Below are positions 8,975 through 15,489 of a DNA stretch of 32,000 bases, one piece after another. The stretch lies in contig NZ_CP060715.1 of assembly GCF_014396165.1 (NCBI RefSeq), positions 1,050,001 through 1,082,000 on the forward strand, given 5' to 3'. This DNA is from Erysipelothrix inopinata (GTDB taxonomy: Bacteria; Bacillota_I; Bacilli_A; Erysipelotrichales; Erysipelotrichaceae). Each line of letters opens with the position of its first letter. Positions within the stretch are counted from its first letter, which is position 1. Below the pieces are notes generated by a model. It was given only the letters and a program-made list of their open reading frames with translations, was not told the origin of the DNA and did no database searches. The translations under genes and the position numbers were made by a program.

Positions 8975-9487
8975 ATGGGTCGAAATGGAACTACCAAGGT
9001 AATCCCTAGTGGTCAAAGTTTTAACGGATACGAAAAATATGCTCCTTTGTTTGGAAGTTTAGCCATCTTAGGTGTTGGTTTTGTTATGTTAAAGTATCCA
9101 ACACTCTTAAATGGGAGAACACCTTTTACTAATTTTATTGTGTATCTTGTATTAATGTTGGGTTTGATTGGATTGGGCTATTCTGTTGTCATCCACATAC
9201 CACGTATGAATTGGAATGCAAGTCAGAGCCGTATTGAACTGTATCAGAAAATGGTGGTTATCTATCAAGATCGACAGATAACTGAAATACCATTTGGAGA
9301 TATTGATGCTATTGAAGTATCAAAGACAAAAGTTCCAATGAATCGTACTGGAATCCATGACTATCTTGTAGATATCTACGATATTCAACGTCATAGAATT
9401 TTCCAATTTCATACCAGTCATTATCCCAATGCATTAGAATATTTGGAGTTATCATCACTCCAGTCATGTATAAAAATTATAAATTAA
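8975..9487 (+). CDS. Hypothetical membrane protein (2 TM helices plus a soluble C-terminal domain)
   Basis: The SD AAGGTGA ends 5 nt upstream of the ATG. The 170-aa ORF has two hydrophobic helices. I recognise no family. Confidence 0.55.
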   Translation: MGRNGTTKVIPSGQSFNGYEKYAPLFGSLAILGVGFVMLKYPTLLNGRTPFTNFIVYLVLMLGLIGLGYSVVIHIPRMNWNASQSRIELYQKMVVIYQDRQITEIPFGDIDAIEVSKTKVPMNRTGIHDYLVDIYDIQRHRIFQFHTSHYPNALEYLELSSLQSCIKIIN

Positions 9488-9496
9488 TACGCTTAC

Positions 9497-9549
9497 AGCT
9501 AAAAAAACATGAAAAAAACAAGATTTTTTCCAATTTTTTTAGCTTTTTT
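9497..9549 (+). terminator. A/T-rich two-tier hairpin plus T run, possible terminator
   Basis: agctaaaaaaa (9497-9507) pairs with tttttttagct (9534-9544) and is followed by tttttc. The pairing is only A/T, so the stability is doubtful. Confidence 0.3.
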
Positions 9550-9571
9550 CTAGGATTGAAAAAGAGGGTTA

Positions 9572-9580
9572 TGCTAAAAT
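9572..9580 (+). promoter_or_regulatory. Candidate extended -10 promoter element for guaA (TGcTAAAAT)
   Basis: tgcTAAAAT lies about 85 nt upstream of the guaA ATG. I found no convincing -35 at 17-nt spacing. Confidence 0.35.
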
Positions 9581-9662
9581 ATTTGTGACGCATCAGGACC
9601 ACAAATTGTGAGGAAACCCTCAAGAAAGTTACCCAATGATGTTGAAAAGGAGGCCCATTTAG

Positions 9663-11195
9663 ATGGCAAATAAAATCATTGTGTTAGATTTTGGTTCTCA
9701 GTATAATCAACTTATCGTAAGACGCATACGCGACTTAGGGATTTACAGTGAACTCTTAGATAATGAAATTACAGCTGAAGAAATTCGTGCAGATAAAGAT
9801 ATTGCAGGGATTGTACTTTCAGGAGGTCCAAACTCTGTTTATGAAGAGAACGCTTATCATATTGACCAGGAAATATTTAATCTTGGACTCCCTATTTTGG
9901 GAGTGTGTTATGGAATGCAGCTTATGGCACATCAAAATGGTGGACGAGTTGAATCTCATTCAAAGAAGGAATACGGTTTAGCACCTATTAATATTCTCAA
10001 AGAGAATCCATTAACCCATAACCTACCTCAAACATTCAATGTATGGATGAGCCATGGTGATCAAGTAAAAGCAGTACCTGAAGGATTTGAAGTCTATGCT
10101 TCATCAGATAATACCGATATCGTAATGATGGGAAATGTGGAGAAACATCAATATGGCATTCAATTCCATGGAGAAGTAAGAAACACAGAACACGGTATTG
10201 ATATCATCGAAAACTTTGTTTCAGATATCTGTCATGCTGAACGGACTTGGTCAATGGAAAACTATGTTGAACAACAAACAGAACTAATTCGTGAACAAGT
10301 CGGAACAGATCAAGTTATTTGTGCTTTATCTGGTGGTGTAGACTCCGCAGTCGTAGCCGCACTACTTCACCACGCAATTGGTGACCAACTCGTATGTATC
10401 TTTGTAGATCACGGACTCCTTCGTAAAAATGAAGCAGACCAAGTTGTGGAAGTATTTAGAGATCACTTCAAAATTAACTTAATTAAAGTGGATGCTCAAA
10501 AACGATTCCTTGATAAACTCGCTGGTGTTGATGATCCTGAGCAAAAACGTAAAATCATTGGTACAGAATTCATCGCTGTATTTGATGACGAGACTAAGAA
10601 ACTAAAAGATGCGAAATGGTTAGCACAAGGAACTATCTATGCTGATGTCATCGAATCCGGTACTAAAACTGCACAAACGATTAAGTCACACCATAATGTC
10701 GGTGGCTTACCTGAAGATATGCAATTTAAACTAATCGAACCGCTACGTTCACTTTTCAAAGATGAAGTTCGTAAACTTGGACTCGTACTCGGTTTACCAG
10801 AACATATTGTTCATAGACAACCATTCCCAGGTCCTGGACTTGCAATCCGTATCATTGGTGATATTACCGAAGATAAAATTAAAAAAGTTCAAGACAGTGA
10901 TTGGATCTTCCGTGAAGAGATTGCGAATGCAAGTCTTGAAAGTGAGATTTGGCAATACTTTACGGTGCTAACAAATATGAGATCGGTTGGCGTTATGGGA
11001 GATCAAAGAACCTACGATTATACCTTAGCACTTCGTGCGGTTACCTCGATTGATGGGATGAGTGCTGATTGGGCACGTATTCCTTATGATGTAATTCAAA
11101 AGGTGTCAGTACGAATTGTGAATGAGATTGAGGGAATTAATCGTGTAGTGTATGATGTGACCTCAAAACCACCCGCAACAATTGAGTGGGAGTAA
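9663..11195 (+). CDS. guaA: GMP synthase (glutamine-hydrolysing)
   Basis: The GATase1 domain shows LGVCYGMQL and the H/E pair region (IQFHGEV). The ATP-PPase P-loop is SGGVDSAV, and the C-terminal dimerisation domain ends ...KPPATIEWE. The SD is AAAGGAGG. Confidence 0.97.
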   Translation: MANKIIVLDFGSQYNQLIVRRIRDLGIYSELLDNEITAEEIRADKDIAGIVLSGGPNSVYEENAYHIDQEIFNLGLPILGVCYGMQLMAHQNGGRVESHSKKEYGLAPINILKENPLTHNLPQTFNVWMSHGDQVKAVPEGFEVYASSDNTDIVMMGNVEKHQYGIQFHGEVRNTEHGIDIIENFVSDICHAERTWSMENYVEQQTELIREQVGTDQVICALSGGVDSAVVAALLHHAIGDQLVCIFVDHGLLRKNEADQVVEVFRDHFKINLIKVDAQKRFLDKLAGVDDPEQKRKIIGTEFIAVFDDETKKLKDAKWLAQGTIYADVIESGTKTAQTIKSHHNVGGLPEDMQFKLIEPLRSLFKDEVRKLGLVLGLPEHIVHRQPFPGPGLAIRIIGDITEDKIKKVQDSDWIFREEIANASLESEIWQYFTVLTNMRSVGVMGDQRTYDYTLALRAVTSIDGMSADWARIPYDVIQKVSVRIVNEIEGINRVVYDVTSKPPATIEWE

Positions 11196-11201
11196 GAGAA
11201 T

Positions 11202-11244
11202 AAGAGCAGTAAGTCCTTTATTAATAAGGGTTTACGCTCTTTTA
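11202..11244 (+). terminator. guaA rho-independent terminator (long imperfect hairpin)
   Basis: aagagc-a-gtaa-gt-cctt ... aagg-gt-ttac-gctctt followed by ttt. Confidence 0.6.
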
Positions 11245-11424
11245 CTAATGCAGGATATTTATTCTTTCTACCCATATGACAAGCTCCTCATTTTTGCACT
11301 ATTGTCTTATAACAATTGTACGAATACAAGATGCTTAGCTTTTTATTGTGTCCCATTACCTGGGGTCAGTACCTGAGTTATCGCTTTTTGTATTCCCCCA
11401 CTATTTTACACAATCATTACACTT

Positions 11425-12627
11425 TGGTTGACACAAAAGATAAGAAGTTCGTGGTAAACTAAAGGAAAACGAGCAAATACAAACTCACGAAGAAAACGAA
11501 GAGAGTATACAGAGGACTTTAAAAGATAAATGGTTCAGTTGTAAAAAAATGGTAAGGCATCATAAGAAATTCTTGAAGAGTATGACTTAACTGCTTCTAC
11601 TTTCCATAAATGGGTTAAGCAAGATGAACTATCCGGATCATTTAAAGAACGTGATAATTTAACTCCCGAACAAAAAGAAATAATTGAATCGAAAAAGCGA
11701 TTGAAACATGCAGAAATGAAAAATGATATTTTAAAGCAAGTAGCTCTGATTATTGGATGAAAATAATTGTAATCAAATATCAAATCTTATGCGCACAAAT
11801 ATCCAATAAGATCTATGTGTAAAATACTCGATATTAGCATATCAGGTTTCTATAAATATAAAATTAGCAAACCGAAAATCGATACTGAAACACAACGTGT
11901 AGTAAGAATCTTTAATGATAATCAAAAAACCTATGGATCACGTTGTATCCGAAAAGAATGCAGACGTGAAGGAGTCGTGGTATCAAGAAGACGTATCGCA
12001 CGTATCATGCAGGTTGAGGAGTTAATCTCAACGTGTGTACTTGCCCATTATAAAGTTCATAAATAAACAGTTAACGAAGATACTGTAGCAAATGAAGTTA
12101 ATAGACAATTCGATGGAAGAGATAGCTATGAGGTTCTCGTCAGTGATCTAACTTATGTAAGAGTAGATGGAAGTTGGAATTGTATTTGTATGATTCTTGA
12201 TTTACACAATCGGGAAATTGATGGTTACAGCTCGGTTCTAGTAAAAATGTATTTTTAGTCATGGAGGCATTTTCAAGAATCAAAAAAAAATTATCAAAGG
12301 TACAATACTTCCCTGCAGATAGAGGTAATGAATTTAAAAAATAAATTAATAAATGAAACACTAAAACATTTAAAATAAAACGGTCCATGAGCAATAAGTG
12401 TACACTATATGATAATGCCGTAGCAGAAGAGATATTTAAAGCTATAAAAACGGAATTTGTATAGCAAAATTCATTCAAATCACTTGATTAGTTGGAAAAG
12501 AAACTATCGGCTTATATTTGGTGGTTTAATAATAGAAGATTACACTCAGCGCCTGGATATTTCCTCCAGTTGAGCACAAAGATAATAACTCCTTATAAAA
12601 AATGTCCACTAAAGTGTTGACATTCCA
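11425..12627 (+). mobile_element. Decayed IS3-family insertion sequence (orfA/orfB pseudogenes with many stops and frameshifts)
   Basis: The + strand translation gives an IS3 OrfA-like product: KRREYTEDFKR*MVQL*KNGKAS*EILEEYDLTASTFHKWVKQ...EMKNDILKQVALIIG. It then gives an OrfB-like product: YPIRSMCKILDISISGFYKY...QKTYGSRCIRKE...VSDLTYVRVDGSWNCICMILDLHNREIDGYS ... ADRGNEF ... YDNAVAEEIFKAIKTEF ... WFNNRRLHSAPGY.SPVEH. There are at least 6 in-frame stops or frame changes. The end points are approximate (TGG... at 11425, ...TTCCA at 12627). Confidence 0.8.
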
Positions 12628-12968
12628 TAGTATAAATTCTGGTCGGTGTTTTATTTAACTAATACTGTGTCTAATAAATGGCAGTTAATATAGTGATTTA
12701 AGATATAATGATAGTAACAGGTAGAAAAATATCAAATATATCTGTTAGAATAAAGCTACAATGATGAATTTCAATAAAAAAAGTTTATCTTAAAATGAAC
12801 AAGTGGATAGAGTGCCACTCGATTAAGACATTTACATCTATAAGTAGAACAAACAAAATGGTACTCAACAGCAATTTTCTTCATTTCAGTAATATGTAAA
12901 TAACACTAGTATTGCTACTTAATTTTACTCATTAGGAGAAGTAATAATTTCAAACAAGGAGAACAAAA

Positions 12969-15461
12969 ATGTACCGAAAAATATCAGAGAAATTATATGA
13001 AAAATTTGTAGTTAACCATATGGCTTGTGCAATTCAGGGAAAAGATGGAAAATATTATACTAAGTATATTAATGTAAGTAGTAAAATCATCGAATCTATG
13101 CTTAAATCAAAAAGCTCGATGGGAATATATCAGCAACTAAATGGAAATGTAAAATGGGTTTGTATTGATTTTGACTGTAAAGACAAAGAATATCCTAATG
13201 TTGAGTTGATGTACGAAGAGATAGTAGATGACTTCATATTTAAATTAGATAGTTTAAATATTTCATATTTGAAGGAATACTCAGGAAGACGAGGAATTCA
13301 TATATGGATAATATTTGATGAGTTTATATCTAAAAGAGATGCCTATAGAATAGTTTCGTATCTTATTTTAGATATTAAATACGATAAAGAAAAATATGGG
13401 ATTGATTTATTTCCTGCAACACCGACATCTGCCGGTAATAAGGTAGGCAAGCAAGTAAAGCTACCATTATCAACACATAAAATGGGAAACCAATCGTTTT
13501 TTTTTGAAAATGAGCTTGATTTAAAAAAAGAAATAAATATAGATGAACAAAGTGAAATTTTAGAGAAATATACGTTTCAAACTCCTTCACAACTGATTGC
13601 ATTACTTAATGAAGATTCGACAAATTCTCAATCGGTATTTAAGAAGCATGCGATTAAATCTGAAAAAGATACTAATATATCGGTTTTCTTTAGAGAAGTT
13701 TACTCTATTTTATCTGAATTAGAACCATATGAGAGACTCTTTACTAAAATTAAAAATGGTCAATTAGAAAATGTAGATTATTTAGTGCTTTATGGAACCA
13801 GTACAGGATTTTCTAGTGATGATTCTTTTTTTGAATATTTGATGGAGGATAATCCACTGTATAATGAAGAAATTTCCCGCAGAAAAACGAATAAAATAAA
13901 ACAGGGATATGGGATACTCACGCTGGGGAGCTTATTTGATAGATATTGTTGTAAACTTAGCGAGAATCTTAATCCTCTAGATACTGCTGTAGATTTCTTT
14001 ATGAGAAAAACTAATGATAAATACTTGATGTATATAACTGATATTAAAACCGAAACGGAAATTGATATATTAAGTAATATATCATATACAGCCAGCAAAG
14101 AAAAAAATTATTTTTTTGAAAATGACGAAGTTATTAATCCAAACATATATATTGATTTTATGAAAAATCAAGTTAGAACCAATGAATTTATAGTTTCTGA
14201 CATTGAAGAGATATGTTTTGGGAAAAATAAACATTCAGAAAATATCGAATTTTATAGGTATATTAGAAAAGAAAAGGATAAGGATAGACAACTCGTTTCG
14301 TTAGGCTATAAGGATCGAATTTTAACAACACAGTTAGCTCTGAATATTTCCTATGCACTTAATCGATTTCAAAACATTAAGTCATTTAGTTACAATATCA
14401 ATTTTTCATCTAAAAGATACATATTCTTTAATTGGTTCAATTCATGGAAAGAATATACAAAACGTATAAATACATACTTAGAAATCCCCTTTTTTGATGA
14501 TTATGCTTTGATTCAGTTAGACTTGAAGAAATTCTACGAGAACATTGATTTTATTACTCTGTCTGAAAAATTGAATAAGCTAACTGTTGATGATAGTGTT
14601 TATTATCAGTTAAAATATCTTGTTAATTATAATGAAAAACTCATGTATGAGTTGACAAAATCAAGAAAAGGGGTGCCGCAAGGTCCAGCTTATGCAAGAA
14701 TAATTTCTGAGCTATTTATTCAATTGATTCTAGATGAAGCTTTAAAAAACCATTCAAGTTCAACTGTTTTAAGATATGTCGATGACATGTGCATAATTTG
14801 TCCTAAGGATGATGTCGATGATATGTATAATGAATTAAAAATATTACTCTTAAAGAATGGATTACCATTAAATAATAATAAAACAAGAATTTATTATGAA
14901 TTAAGTGATTTAACAGAAGAAGAAAAAAGAACAATTAATTTTGGTAATAAAATGTCTTATGAGTTTAATACATCTAACGAAAATATGTTGCAAACTAATG
15001 AAGAAAAGAGTGACTTAATTTCAGACAAGTTGAGTAACTACAATATTGATGATTGCAGCTTATTGTTTTCAACATCTACGGATGATTACTATAAAAAAAT
15101 GTACTTTATAAGAAATGCAAAAAGTATATTTTCAGAGGAATTAGGAAGAGGAAGTACATTCATGAAGATATATGCATTTCTATTTTCTAGTGATGAACTT
15201 GTGGAACTCTGTGTAAAGAATAAACTTTTTAAAAATTTAAAAAGTGAATCATTAAATTTTAGTGTTTTTATTAATCATTTATTCATGTTCATTGATCAAG
15301 ACCTTATTTCTGATAAATCCTTATTATTAATTTGTGAATCATACTTGATGAAACTAGATATTGACGAAGTTATCGTGCAAAACATTGATGATTTACAAAC
15401 ATTAAATGCTATCAAAAAACATGTAGAAATGACTGCTAAAGAGGATGTGAACTATAAGTAA
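12969..15461 (+). CDS. Fusion protein: N-terminal archaeo-eukaryotic primase-polymerase (AEP/PrimPol) domain plus reverse transcriptase (UG/Abi-like, YVDD) plus alpha-helical C-terminal region
   Basis: The SD AAGGAGA ends 6 nt before the ATG.
- AEP motifs: WVCIDFD (DxD, aa 63-69), SGRRGIHIWIIF (sGxGxH, aa 105-116), GIDLFP, and KQVKLPLSTHKMG (aa 161-173).
- RT motifs: KDRQLVSLGYKDRILTTQLAL (motifs 1/2, aa 438-458), LIQLDLKKFYENID (motif A, aa 514-527), SRKGVPQGPAYARIISELF (motif B, aa 565-583), RYVDDMCIICP (motif C, YVDD at nt 14775-14786), and LPLNNNKTRIY (motifs D/E).
- Residues ~650-830 are helix-rich, resembling the alpha-repeat tail of UG/Abi RTs. Confidence 0.85.
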   Translation: MYRKISEKLYEKFVVNHMACAIQGKDGKYYTKYINVSSKIIESMLKSKSSMGIYQQLNGNVKWVCIDFDCKDKEYPNVELMYEEIVDDFIFKLDSLNISYLKEYSGRRGIHIWIIFDEFISKRDAYRIVSYLILDIKYDKEKYGIDLFPATPTSAGNKVGKQVKLPLSTHKMGNQSFFFENELDLKKEINIDEQSEILEKYTFQTPSQLIALLNEDSTNSQSVFKKHAIKSEKDTNISVFFREVYSILSELEPYERLFTKIKNGQLENVDYLVLYGTSTGFSSDDSFFEYLMEDNPLYNEEISRRKTNKIKQGYGILTLGSLFDRYCCKLSENLNPLDTAVDFFMRKTNDKYLMYITDIKTETEIDILSNISYTASKEKNYFFENDEVINPNIYIDFMKNQVRTNEFIVSDIEEICFGKNKHSENIEFYRYIRKEKDKDRQLVSLGYKDRILTTQLALNISYALNRFQNIKSFSYNINFSSKRYIFFNWFNSWKEYTKRINTYLEIPFFDDYALIQLDLKKFYENIDFITLSEKLNKLTVDDSVYYQLKYLVNYNEKLMYELTKSRKGVPQGPAYARIISELFIQLILDEALKNHSSSTVLRYVDDMCIICPKDDVDDMYNELKILLLKNGLPLNNNKTRIYYELSDLTEEEKRTINFGNKMSYEFNTSNENMLQTNEEKSDLISDKLSNYNIDDCSLLFSTSTDDYYKKMYFIRNAKSIFSEELGRGSTFMKIYAFLFSSDELVELCVKNKLFKNLKSESLNFSVFINHLFMFIDQDLISDKSLLLICESYLMKLDIDEVIVQNIDDLQTLNAIKKHVEMTAKEDVNYK

Positions 15462-15489
15462 AATAAACGAGTTATATAAAGCTGTCTAC

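Noticed and set aside
9490-9662. Possible purine (guanine) riboswitch or other leader element upstream of guaA
   Set aside because: I could not find the conserved purine-riboswitch core (the UAUAAU..GGAUAUGG...CCGUAAAU...ACUA pattern). Only a short hairpin is present (atttgtg..cacaaat, ~9582-9607). The evidence is not sufficient to call an RNA element.
11182-12478. ORFs 11182..11376 (+), 11535..11783 (-), 11815..12066 (+) and 12140..12478 (-)
   Set aside because: The first ORF overlaps the guaA end and its terminator. The others are fragments of, or antisense to, the decayed IS3-family transposase reading frames. None is a credible independent gene.
12969-15461. Classifying the RT as a retron, group II intron, DGR or CRISPR-associated RT
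   Set aside because: - Retron: the protein is far larger than retron RTs, and I see no obvious a1/a2 inverted repeats flanking an msr/msd.
- Group II intron: I recognise no intron RNA domains (such as domain V), maturase X or endonuclease domains.
- DGR: no TR/VR repeat pair is present.
- CRISPR-associated: no cas1 or CRISPR array is present.

The helical C-terminal tail and the defence-island context fit UG/Abi-type RTs better.
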